Shown here: one piece after another, positions 28,995 to 37,304 of the stretch
Layout: every line of letters starts with the position of its first letter
Numbering within the stretch: position 1 is the first letter of the stretch
Origin: Candidatus Curtissbacteria bacterium
GTDB taxonomy: Bacteria > Patescibacteriota > Microgenomatia > Curtissbacterales > GWA2-41-24
DNA: 64,000 nucleotides
Direction: 5' to 3'
Assembly (NCBI GenBank): GCA_030647775.1
Contig: JAUSJC010000010.1
Span: 6,208-70,207, forward strand
Program-made: the position numbers and the translations under genes
The notes under the pieces: generated by a model
The model's database searches: none
What the model was told of the DNA's origin: nothing
What the model saw: the letters and a program-made list of their open reading frames with translations, nothing else

Positions 28995-29062
28995 CCTCTG
29001 TCATTCCGGACTTGATCCGGAATCTATACGTTTGGCAAGATCCTGAACCAAGCCTTCGAGGC
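28995..29062. repeat. Family C hairpin element downstream of yidC.
   Basis: 'tgtcaTTCCGGActtgaTCCGGAAtc' plus a second GC-rich stem 'ggccgtgagccctcaggcc'. Confidence 0.4.
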
Positions 29063-29063
29063 C

Positions 29064-29627
29064 GTGAGCCCTCAGGCCGAATCGGTTCAGGATGACGGTG
29101 AGAAGAAGTGTCAAAATAAAGTTATGACAAAACTAAAGTTGGACGAAAATTTCGTAGCGGAAAACGTCAGGCAAATCATCGAAATGCTCGGCGTTTCGGC
29201 AACCGCCGAAGTTTCTAAAGAAGAAGACACTTTAGGCCCGCAGTCCGAAGGACGAGGACCGCATGGCCCTGTATACGTCGTGGATATTAGCTCCGAAGAC
29301 TCATCTCTTCTAATAGGCAAACACGGTGCCAACCTCGAAAGCCTGCAGTTTATTCTTGCCGTCCGCCTCAAAACTTTAACCGGTCAGGACGATTTTGAAA
29401 TTTTTGTTGACGTGGACAATTTTCGCAGGCAAAAAGAAGACCGTTTAGAAAAAATGGCCCGCCAGATCGCCGAAAAAGTCGGCCAAACCGGCAATCCGGA
29501 GCCCCTCTATGATTTATCTCCGTCAGAACGCCGCCTCATCCACACAATTCTTACCGATAATCCGCAAGTCACCACGATTTCTGAAGGCGAAGGCATTGAC
29601 CGTCACCTAATCATAAAACCTAAGTAA
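29064..29627 (+). CDS. jag: Jag/KhpB-like RNA-binding protein (KH + R3H domains).
   Basis: 'IGKHGANLESLQFILAV' (KH). C-terminal 'LSPSERRLIHTILTDNPQVTTISEGEG' (R3H). Start is either GTG 29064 or ATG 29124. Confidence 0.7.
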   Translation: MSPQAESVQDDGEKKCQNKVMTKLKLDENFVAENVRQIIEMLGVSATAEVSKEEDTLGPQSEGRGPHGPVYVVDISSEDSSLLIGKHGANLESLQFILAVRLKTLTGQDDFEIFVDVDNFRRQKEDRLEKMARQIAEKVGQTGNPEPLYDLSPSERRLIHTILTDNPQVTTISEGEGIDRHLIIKPK

Positions 29628-29629
29628 TT

Positions 29630-29700
29630 AGGTATTAGCACTTAGAGCTTAGTAATCCGCAAACTAACCTCTAACCTCTAATAGCTAATGGCTTAAAAAC
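29630..29700. repeat. Degenerate family-A-like element (TTAGG/CTAACCTCTAAC).
   Basis: 'cctaagtaattaggtattagcacttag ... ctaacctctaacctctaatagctaatgg'. The 'ctaacctctaacc' part is also found inside tsaD at ~44230. Confidence 0.3.
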
Positions 29701-29702
29701 TT

Positions 29703-30938
29703 ATGGCCAAATCAGATTTTCTCTTTTTGCTAGTTTTAGCAAGTATTCCTATCCAGCTCGGCCGCCACTTTTTCTTCCCCTACTCGTACGTTCTTGGCTT
29801 GCCTATCGATTACCGCGCCCTCACAATTTATGTTTCCGATATTTTTGTAATTTTGTATCTGGCTGCGTTCTTTTGGGAGAACCGAACCAAGATAAAATCA
29901 ATCTACAAGAGTTACAAAACCATTATCAATATAATTGCCGCCTTTAACGCTTATCTTTTTATAAGTTCACTATTATTTTCCCTTTCGGGACAAGCTTCGC
30001 TGGTTTTTGTTGCGAAGATAATCATTTTCAGTTTGCTGGGAATTGCGTCGGCCGTAAGCTTCTCGCGAAAAACCACGCTTAAGCCGGGCATTTTAATCCT
30101 CAAAATCGCCATGGTTCTGGAATCGCTAGTCCTCTTGGCGCAGTTCATCCTCCAGCGGTCAATCGGTTTAGGAATTTTAGGTGAACGGACTTTCGATACA
30201 ACAACACCATCAATAGCTCATGTTGAACTTTTTGGTAACCAGCTCCTTCGTCCCTACGGCACTTTTCCGCACCCTAATGTTGCCGCCGCCTTTTTGGTTT
30301 TCGGATTAATATTGCTTTTGGGGTCAAATCGAATCAAAAAACCAAAATTAGACCAAATGGCGCTTCTCTTTGCCGCCGCCGGACTCATCGCAACTTTTTC
30401 CAAATCAGCCTTCGCGGCAATCGCCGTTGCTCTTGGGATAATCTTTGCCAAGAAAAAAGTATTTTTGATTTTAGTCCTCGCCCTTTTGGCCATAGGAATT
30501 TTAATTCTCAAAAATACTTCCGATTCTTCTCTCCCGACCATTTCCGAACGCATGGTTCTCATCCAAAAAAGCCTGGATATCTCTCTCCTCAACCCGGCCT
30601 TCGGTGTCGGGGCCAATAATTTTATTTTGGAGCTTTCGAAGGCGAACCTATTTTCCGTTAGCCAAATCCGCCTGCTCCAGCCGGTCCACAATATATTTTT
30701 CTTAATCCTGGCCGAAAACGGCATCATCGGCCTCCTGCTTTTTACGGCGCTTTTGTTTGTTGTCTTAAAATCCGTCAATACCAAAACCAAACTTGCCCTT
30801 TTCGTATCGATCCTAATCTTCGGCAGTGTCGACCATTTTCTCTGGACGCTCCAGCAGGGCCAGCTCCTCCTCTGGCTCTCAATCGGCTATATCCTCAGTT
30901 CTTCTCCTTTCATCGCGAGGAGCGAAGCGACGAAGTGA
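29703..30938 (+). CDS. O-antigen ligase (Wzy_C)-like polytopic membrane protein.
   Basis: ~10 TM segments with a central large loop. Neighbours are a Wzx flippase and a Wzz-like protein. Confidence 0.5.
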   Translation: MAKSDFLFLLVLASIPIQLGRHFFFPYSYVLGLPIDYRALTIYVSDIFVILYLAAFFWENRTKIKSIYKSYKTIINIIAAFNAYLFISSLLFSLSGQASLVFVAKIIIFSLLGIASAVSFSRKTTLKPGILILKIAMVLESLVLLAQFILQRSIGLGILGERTFDTTTPSIAHVELFGNQLLRPYGTFPHPNVAAAFLVFGLILLLGSNRIKKPKLDQMALLFAAAGLIATFSKSAFAAIAVALGIIFAKKKVFLILVLALLAIGILILKNTSDSSLPTISERMVLIQKSLDISLLNPAFGVGANNFILELSKANLFSVSQIRLLQPVHNIFFLILAENGIIGLLLFTALLFVVLKSVNTKTKLALFVSILIFGSVDHFLWTLQQGQLLLWLSIGYILSSSPFIARSEATK

Positions 30939-30939
30939 T

Positions 30940-31015
30940 CTAAAACACGTCATTCTGGGGAGTGGAACGACTCCAGAATCCCTCACAGCAGATTCTGGAC
31001 CCGACATCACTAAAG
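30940..31015. repeat. Family C hairpin element, copy 1 of the 'gtcattctggggagtgRaacgactccagaatc...cagattctggac' element.
   Basis: Near-identical copy at 33103-33170. Confidence 0.5.
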
Positions 31016-31159
31016 TTAAGACGGGCAGGCAAGCTCGAACAATAAAATCCTCTATTCTTCGAACGAAGTGAGAAGTTCTCCTGTAACAATGTAGCAATTT
31101 AACAGATGAAGCGAATTTTGAGCGAAGATCAAAGAACCACGGTCTTTAGGGGCGGATAT

Positions 31160-31399
31160 CTATTGCCAGTTAAAAACCGGTACTCTAATAATAGTTTGGG
31201 CTTTGACTTTTTCCGCCGCTTGTTTTTTTACAAGAGTGTCAAGCTTTTTGGAAATTTCGGCACTATAGTATCTTTCACCACATTGACTGCAGACTTCGAT
31301 CGGGACATTCTTGACCACAAAAAGTTTATCCCCCCACCTGAAGTCCACATCAACGATTTTAATTTCAGTTTTTCCTTTACAAAAATAACAACTAGACAC
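31160..31399 (-). CDS. YgiT-type (MqsA-like) zinc-finger antitoxin candidate.
   Basis: 'CYFCKGK...CSQCGERYY' double CxxC. Overlaps the upstream DUF4258 gene by 8 nt. Confidence 0.6.
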   Translation of the reverse strand: MSSCYFCKGKTEIKIVDVDFRWGDKLFVVKNVPIEVCSQCGERYYSAEISKKLDTLVKKQAAEKVKAQTIIRVPVFNWQ

Positions 31400-31712
31400 G
31401 GTTTTTCAACTCCTTTGCTCTTTTCTTAAAATTTATCCAAGTAGGCGGTTTCGGTCTATAGACAGTAACAAGCAGCAATCTGCTGTTTCTTTTACCGCAA
31501 ACTACGTGGAGCGGTTTATCGCCAAGCTTGCCTGCTACAAGACAACTTTCGCCTCTGGGGTCGCTTGGATACTCTTCTATTATACTACCTTCGAGAAGAC
31601 ACTGTTCTATTTCAGCTACAGTGATTTGCTCTTCCTGCCTTTCTCTATGGGCATGACTTGAAAGATCATATTCCTGATTCAAAACCTTCTTCCTTATGAA
31701 GGAAATTTTCAT
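31392..31712 (-). CDS. DUF4258-family toxin candidate.
   Basis: 'SIIEEYPSDPRGESCLVAGKLGDKPLHVVCGKRNSRLLLVTVYRPKPPTW' matches the DUF4258 consensus. Confidence 0.65.
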   Translation of the reverse strand: MKISFIRKKVLNQEYDLSSHAHRERQEEQITVAEIEQCLLEGSIIEEYPSDPRGESCLVAGKLGDKPLHVVCGKRNSRLLLVTVYRPKPPTWINFKKRAKELKNRV

Positions 31713-31757
31713 ATTGGCATTTTAGCAGAAAATTCATCTTCCAGGTTTTTGGTAGCA

Positions 31758-31831
31758 TCGACCATTTTCTCTGGACGCTCCAGCAGGGCCAGCTCCTCCT
31801 CTGGTTCTCGCTAGGTTATATTTTAAGTTCG
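31758..31831. repeat. Duplicated 3' fragment of the O-antigen-ligase-like gene; direct repeat of 30828-30901.
   Basis: 52 nt identical ('cgaccattttctctggacgctccagcagggccagctcctcctctgg'), then diverged. Confidence 0.65.
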
Positions 31832-31864
31832 CAAAAATCCCATCCAAGCTGATATATTAACCTC

Positions 31865-33208
31865 GTGGTCAAAAAGGTTTTTTATAACGTAGCCTCACAG
31901 GTTTTTGGCAAAGGCTTAACAGCTTCAGCGACTTTCATCGTTACCATCTTAATTTCCCGTGCTCTTGGTGAAACCGGCTACGGTGATTTTACAAAAATTG
32001 CTGTTTTCGTCGGCTATTTTTATACTCTCGCCGATTTCGGCCTCAACTCAATCTATATAAAAATTGCCGACGACAAGAACCAAATCAGCCTTTTAAAAAC
32101 CCTGCTTGGCACACGTCTTTTGATGGCGGTAAGTCTGGCAACCATTGCAAGTGCCATCGGCTTTTTAGTTCCCTATAATCCGGCAACCGCCACCGGTTTC
32201 TCTCCGCTGGTCAAAATCGGCATTGCCATAGCGTCTCTTACTATCATCACTCAAGCCGCTTACACCACTTCAAATGCCCTTTTCCAGAAAAAGCTGCGCT
32301 ATGATCTTTCGACAATTGCCGTTGCCACGGGAGCGATCGCTGTTCTTATCGGCACACTTTTGGTAACGGTTATGGGCGGCGGCGTTCTTGCCTACACTGC
32401 AATTTATGTAATCCAGGGCATCGTCAATGTGATAGTTGCCTACTTTTTTATCCGCAAACTAACCGGGCTGAAAGTTGTGCCAAAGTTTTTAAAAGAGGAC
32501 GCTAAAAAAATAATTTCAGGCGCCTGGCCGGTTGGTATTGCCTTAATCTTAAACCTCATTTATTTTAGAATCGACGTTTTTATTCTTTCCAATTTCAGAT
32601 CAAGCGCCGAAGTCGGGGTCTACGGCCTTGCCTACCAGTTTTTCGAAGCGGCGCTGACAGTTCCCATCTTTTTTGCCAACAGCATCTATCCGCCGCTGTC
32701 CCAGCTTGCCTCAAAAAACTACGGGGAATTTAAGTCGAAAGTTAATTTCTGGCTTTTGACGTTAACAGGGATATCTATCCTGCTCGTGATATTTTTGGAG
32801 GTCATCGCCAATTTTATCCCGTTCATTTATCAAGGCCGTTTTATGGGCTCGGTCCTCTCTCTTAAGATTCTTGCCCTCGGCATGCCCTTTTTCTTTGCCT
32901 CCGCCCTTCTTTGGCACACGCTCATAATTTTTGGCAGGCAAAAATTTCTAATTTTAATTTATGGCATTGGTGCCGCCTTTAATTTAATTGCCAACTTAAT
33001 TTTTATACCTCAATATGGCTACATGGCTGCAACCGTCATCACGGTTATATCCGAAGCCCTCGTTCTTGCTCTTCTTGCCGTTGCGTACAGGTATTTCTCT
33101 AATAAGAAACCTGTCATTCTGGGGAGTGAAACGACTCCAGAATCCACAAGAAAACAGATTCTGGACAAGTCTTTCGACCCCGAGCTCAAGACCGAGGGGC
33201 CAGAATGA
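31865..33208 (+). CDS. Polysaccharide biosynthesis protein / Wzx-type oligosaccharide flippase.
   Basis: 'MVKKVFYNVASQVFGKGLTASATFIVTILISRALG'. ~12 TM segments. The C-terminal 30 aa are encoded by a family-C repeat copy. Confidence 0.6.
   Translation: MVKKVFYNVASQVFGKGLTASATFIVTILISRALGETGYGDFTKIAVFVGYFYTLADFGLNSIYIKIADDKNQISLLKTLLGTRLLMAVSLATIASAIGFLVPYNPATATGFSPLVKIGIAIASLTIITQAAYTTSNALFQKKLRYDLSTIAVATGAIAVLIGTLLVTVMGGGVLAYTAIYVIQGIVNVIVAYFFIRKLTGLKVVPKFLKEDAKKIISGAWPVGIALILNLIYFRIDVFILSNFRSSAEVGVYGLAYQFFEAALTVPIFFANSIYPPLSQLASKNYGEFKSKVNFWLLTLTGISILLVIFLEVIANFIPFIYQGRFMGSVLSLKILALGMPFFFASALLWHTLIIFGRQKFLILIYGIGAAFNLIANLIFIPQYGYMAATVITVISEALVLALLAVAYRYFSNKKPVILGSETTPESTRKQILDKSFDPELKTEGPE
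33103..33170. repeat. Family C hairpin element, copy 2, embedded in frame at the 3' end of the flippase CDS.
   Basis: 'cctgtcattctggggagtgaaacgactccagaatcc...cagattctggac'. Confidence 0.5.
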
Positions 33209-33642
33209 CAAGTGGTAAACGATCAACAATGAACGATGAACCAATAACTATTTTTACCGACGGCGGTTCCCGCGGTAATCCCGGCCAAGCTGCTTATGGC
33301 TTTGTCGTCAAGACAGGTGGTAAAAACGTCAAAGAGGCCGGCGGCATACTCGGCGTTGCAACCAACAACTTTGCCGAGTATACTGCCGTCATTCGCGCCC
33401 TTGAATACGCTAAAGAGAAATTTGCGGGTCGCGACATCAAGTTTTATATGGATTCGAACCTTGTCGCTTCCCAGCTTTCCGGCCTTTTCAAAATCAAAAA
33501 TGCCGTCATTCGCGAACTCGTCTTTAAAGTCCGCCAGCTCGAATCAAGCTTCGGTCAGATCACCTACACCCATGTGCCCAGAGAAAAAAATAAAGAGGCC
33601 GATGCCCAGGTGAACCTTGCCCTTGATCAGGACTTAAGATAA
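33205..33642 (+). CDS. rnhA: Ribonuclease HI.
   Basis: 'ITIFTDGGSRGNPGQAAYGFVV', 'FAEYTAVIRALEYA', 'YMDSNLV', 'HVPREKNKEADAQVNLAL'. Confidence 0.8.
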   Translation: MTSGKRSTMNDEPITIFTDGGSRGNPGQAAYGFVVKTGGKNVKEAGGILGVATNNFAEYTAVIRALEYAKEKFAGRDIKFYMDSNLVASQLSGLFKIKNAVIRELVFKVRQLESSFGQITYTHVPREKNKEADAQVNLALDQDLR

Positions 33643-33647
33643 AACCA

Positions 33648-34232
33648 ATGGAACTACGCCAGTACATCGCAGTAATCAAAAAAAATATTCTGATTAGCGT
33701 CGTCGCTACGGTTTTGGGTGCTGTTGTTGCTTTCTATTTCTCTCTAAATTTCCAAGCAGGCTATAAATTTGAGCAAACATTTTTTCTTTCGAGTTTACGA
33801 GAAACAAGCACTCTTATATCGCCGCAAGAAACATCGGCAGATACCCCTCAAAACAGCTATTATAGCCTCGAAAAGGCCCGCGACTTTACAGATTCCGCCG
33901 TGGCTATTTTGCAAAGCCCCGATTTCACAGGCAGCCTGGACACCAAAGGGTCAGTGGCCGCGAGAAAACTTGCCCCCCAAGTTATTAAAATCACGACCAT
34001 AGAGGGAGATCGCCAGTCGGCAAAAAGCGCAATGGGGAAAGTCGCAAGTTCTTTCAACGCGAAAATTAAAGAGCTTCAGCCAAGCTCAACTCTCCAGATA
34101 AATACGATCGGCAAAGTTCCCGATCCCGAGCCGGCAGGACCATCTTCCAAAATCGTCTTGGCTTTCGGCGCGGCTTTCGGTTTTGTCGTTTCACTGATAG
34201 CGATCGGTCTCAAAACATACTTCAGGCTTTAA
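33648..34232 (+). CDS. Wzz/polysaccharide co-polymerase-like protein (N- and C-terminal TM segments).
   Basis: TM at residues ~15-35 and ~165-185, with a soluble middle. Confidence 0.4.
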   Translation: MELRQYIAVIKKNILISVVATVLGAVVAFYFSLNFQAGYKFEQTFFLSSLRETSTLISPQETSADTPQNSYYSLEKARDFTDSAVAILQSPDFTGSLDTKGSVAARKLAPQVIKITTIEGDRQSAKSAMGKVASSFNAKIKELQPSSTLQINTIGKVPDPEPAGPSSKIVLAFGAAFGFVVSLIAIGLKTYFRL

Positions 34233-34236
34233 ACCC

Positions 34237-34335
34237 CAAGCCAATCCTGTCATTCCGAGGGAGCGAAAGAATCTCATCGATAGATTGCGGAGCTTGTCCT
34301 GAGCGGAGCGAAGGATCTCTTCTCGCAATGACATA
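34237..34335. repeat. Family C-related hairpins ('gtcattccgagggagcgaaagaatctc ... gagcggagcgaaggatctc ... gcaatgacat').
   Basis: Shares the GTCATTC/GAATC frame and the recurrent 'gagcgaag' core. Confidence 0.35.
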
Positions 34336-34394
34336 GAGACGACCGATTGCCCTTAAAGTGACATCATTGTAAGATTTATGCAGCCGTTTCTAAC

Positions 34395-37304
34395 ATGGAA
34401 AATTCTGCCACCCAAAAAGTTCAAGTATTAATTACCGATGTCGGTAACTATCTTGGCCACCAACTGGCGAAATCCTTGCTTTCTTCCGGCGCGCAGGTGT
34501 TTGGCCTTGCAAAGAGCCACACCCAAGAAGAACTTTTGGGTCAAAAAGATTTTACCCTCTTGGAGCTTGATCTCGCCCAGCCTCTCCCGGCCCACCTTCC
34601 AAAATTTGACCTTGCCTTTTTTATTTCTCACGACCAGAGTCCATTTACGCCCGGCCTTTCGGCTATGCCGCATTTTTCAACTGCCCTTTCCAACATTCTT
34701 ACACTCTCCCATCTAAACCAAATCAAGGTCATACTTACCCTCCCGATCACAACAGACCCGGAAATTTATGATTATTTGGCCAAAACAGAGGAGGAAAGGC
34801 AAAAGCTTACGGTTTTCTTGCTCGGCGATGTTTACGGTCCGGGTTTGGATTTAAAATCTTCCGAAAAGCTGGCCAACCTGATTTCCCAGGCCGTTTATTC
34901 CAACAAGGTAATTTTAGAAAATGAAGGCCTCGATACGATTTACCCCGCTTACATTTCCGATATTATTTCGGCTCTCGCCAAATTTGCCACAAGCGAAAGT
35001 TATGATTCCCGAAAAGTCCATATCGTCTCCGGCGGTCCAATGACAACGCTTTCTGTGGGCTACGAAATCCAAAAAGCGGCAAGACTTATTCTAGGTAAAG
35101 AAGTGGATCTCTTTTTCGCGGGCCTTGGCCCATCTTCTCCAACACCCCAGCAAATTATTAAATCTTATGACCAGAGCTTCCTTCCGATAGTCGGTCTGGC
35201 TGAAGGGTTAGCGCAAACTTTTGACTATTTTGCCAAAGAGAAAAGACCGGCGCTCCATCACTTCGTGCATCACCCGCCAAGCCAACCGGTTCAAGTGGCG
35301 CCAGAAAAACCTCGAGGCATCCTAAAAGATATTACTGCAAAAATCCCCCACCACGGCATAAAAAGAACCTCAAAACCAAATCGCAAAAAAATCGGCATGG
35401 TTTTGGGGGCGATTATTCTCCTTTTCATAGCCAAAACCGGCCTCGATGTTTTCTTGGGAATTTCCCGTCTCGAATCTGCCGGAAGTGCGATAGCGTCCGG
35501 TGATTTTAAAAAAGCCCAAAACAGCTCTGCCGCTGCCGCCGGTTCTTTCAAAAACGCCCGCGGAGAAATCGGCTTAATTTTGTCACCTTTTTCCCTTATC
35601 TTCCCCCAAAAAACTCAAAGTATTGATCTCACCTTCGACGCAATAGAAAATTCCTCCACTGCCCTGTCTCATTTGGCCGAAGGGGCTTCCCAGCTTGGCA
35701 TGAACCTTTCGATCGTTTCCCAAAAAGACGCCCGCCCGCCAACGACTGATGCCCCGCCTGACTTCGAGTTGACGAAGTCAAGTCGGGCAGGCGTAGGCAA
35801 TGTCGGGCAGGTTAAAGCCGACGGGTTGGATCTTGAGTCTCCGCAGGTAGATTTTAGGTCTGCATTTTTTGCATCCTCCCGCGCCCAGGAGCTGGCAAAA
35901 AAAGCCAAAGCCGCGAGCCCTTTTCCCTCAAAAATTGAAGCGATCAGGCAAGCGGCGGCAGATTTGAACAGCGTAAGCCAATCGGCCTTTGACCTTTCTA
36001 ATTTGATTGTTGATTTAGTAGGCCAAGCAGGGCCTAAATCTTATTTACTTCTTCTGGAAAATAATACCGAACTGCGCCCGGGCGGCGGTTTTATTGGCAA
36101 TATCGGCACGATCGACTTCGAGGCTGGCCGCCTGAAAAATATTTCGGTGGACGATGTCTATAACGTCGATGGCCAATTGAAAGAAAAAATTACTCCACCC
36201 GTGCAAATCAAAGAAAAACTGGGGGCAGACCGATTTTATCTTCGCGATTCCGGCTGGAGTCCGGATTTTCAGCTGAATTCCCAAATTGCCCGTGATTTTT
36301 TCAAAAAAGAAACCGGTAAAAACGTTGACGGAGTAATTAGTTTAGACTTGACCTTTATGCAAAAAATTTTGGGGAAAACCGGCCCCGTCAAACTTTCCGA
36401 TTTCAACGAAGAAATTTCAGCCGCAAATCTCTTTGAGCGGGGCGAGTACTACAGCGAAGTTGGTTTTTTCCCGGGTTCGACCCAAAAACGTGATTTTTTT
36501 GGTGCCCTTGCGCGGACTCTTATAAATCGCACCCTGTCGAGTTTAAATGCCAAAGACCAGACCAAAGATAAAATTTCGATGCTCTCATTAATTGAAGTTT
36601 TCAAAGAAGGTCTTGCTCAAAAGCACGTTATGTTTACTTTCGATAGCCCCGGTCTTGCCGCTTATGTTCGCACCCACGGCTGGAATCGGCCAATTCCTCC
36701 CGCAACTTTTAACCCCGGTGACGATACCGGGCAAACGCGCGATTTTCTGGCGCTTTCCGAAGCCAACCTTGGTGCCAACAAAGCTAATCGCTTCATCGAC
36801 CGCAAAATTTCCTACGAGATGACAATCGGCCGCGACGCCGATTTGGTTGCCAACCTTAAAATCATCTATACCAATAATTCCCAGGCCGATACCTGGCCTG
36901 CCGGCAAATACGTTAACTTTCTTAGGGTCTATACTCCGGGCCTAATTACCCTGCTTTCTGTCAACGGATCCGACAAAATTGATCCGAAAGCTGTCCAGGT
37001 GAGTACGCTTGGCAACCTCTCATCAATTTCAACTTATGTCGAAGTTCCCATTAAATCGACGAAAGAGATAACTTTCTCTTACCGCCTCCCCAAAAGCATA
37101 AAATTAGAAACTGCGCCCGTTTATAATCTCTACGTCCAAAAGCAGCCCGGTACGTTAGAGGATCCGTTTGAATTTAAATTCAACCTCCCCGGCTATCTTG
37201 TTACCAAATCGGTAAATGGTCAGGATCAAAACACTCAAAACCTAAACATCAAAACCAATCTGCTGGTAGACCGTGAGTTCAAAGTAGAAGTCGCGAAGAA
37301 ATAA
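34395..37304 (+). CDS. Fusion protein: degenerate NAD-dependent epimerase/dehydratase-like N-domain, TM segment, then a DUF4012-like exported domain.
   Basis: Rossmann-like 'VLITDVGNYLGHQLAKSLLSSGAQVFGL'. TM 'IGMVLGAIILLFIA'. 'LLLLENNTELRPGGGFIGNIG' is the DUF4012 hallmark. Confidence 0.5.
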   Translation: MENSATQKVQVLITDVGNYLGHQLAKSLLSSGAQVFGLAKSHTQEELLGQKDFTLLELDLAQPLPAHLPKFDLAFFISHDQSPFTPGLSAMPHFSTALSNILTLSHLNQIKVILTLPITTDPEIYDYLAKTEEERQKLTVFLLGDVYGPGLDLKSSEKLANLISQAVYSNKVILENEGLDTIYPAYISDIISALAKFATSESYDSRKVHIVSGGPMTTLSVGYEIQKAARLILGKEVDLFFAGLGPSSPTPQQIIKSYDQSFLPIVGLAEGLAQTFDYFAKEKRPALHHFVHHPPSQPVQVAPEKPRGILKDITAKIPHHGIKRTSKPNRKKIGMVLGAIILLFIAKTGLDVFLGISRLESAGSAIASGDFKKAQNSSAAAAGSFKNARGEIGLILSPFSLIFPQKTQSIDLTFDAIENSSTALSHLAEGASQLGMNLSIVSQKDARPPTTDAPPDFELTKSSRAGVGNVGQVKADGLDLESPQVDFRSAFFASSRAQELAKKAKAASPFPSKIEAIRQAAADLNSVSQSAFDLSNLIVDLVGQAGPKSYLLLLENNTELRPGGGFIGNIGTIDFEAGRLKNISVDDVYNVDGQLKEKITPPVQIKEKLGADRFYLRDSGWSPDFQLNSQIARDFFKKETGKNVDGVISLDLTFMQKILGKTGPVKLSDFNEEISAANLFERGEYYSEVGFFPGSTQKRDFFGALARTLINRTLSSLNAKDQTKDKISMLSLIEVFKEGLAQKHVMFTFDSPGLAAYVRTHGWNRPIPPATFNPGDDTGQTRDFLALSEANLGANKANRFIDRKISYEMTIGRDADLVANLKIIYTNNSQADTWPAGKYVNFLRVYTPGLITLLSVNGSDKIDPKAVQVSTLGNLSSISTYVEVPIKSTKEITFSYRLPKSIKLETAPVYNLYVQKQPGTLEDPFEFKFNLPGYLVTKSVNGQDQNTQNLNIKTNLLVDREFKVEVAKK

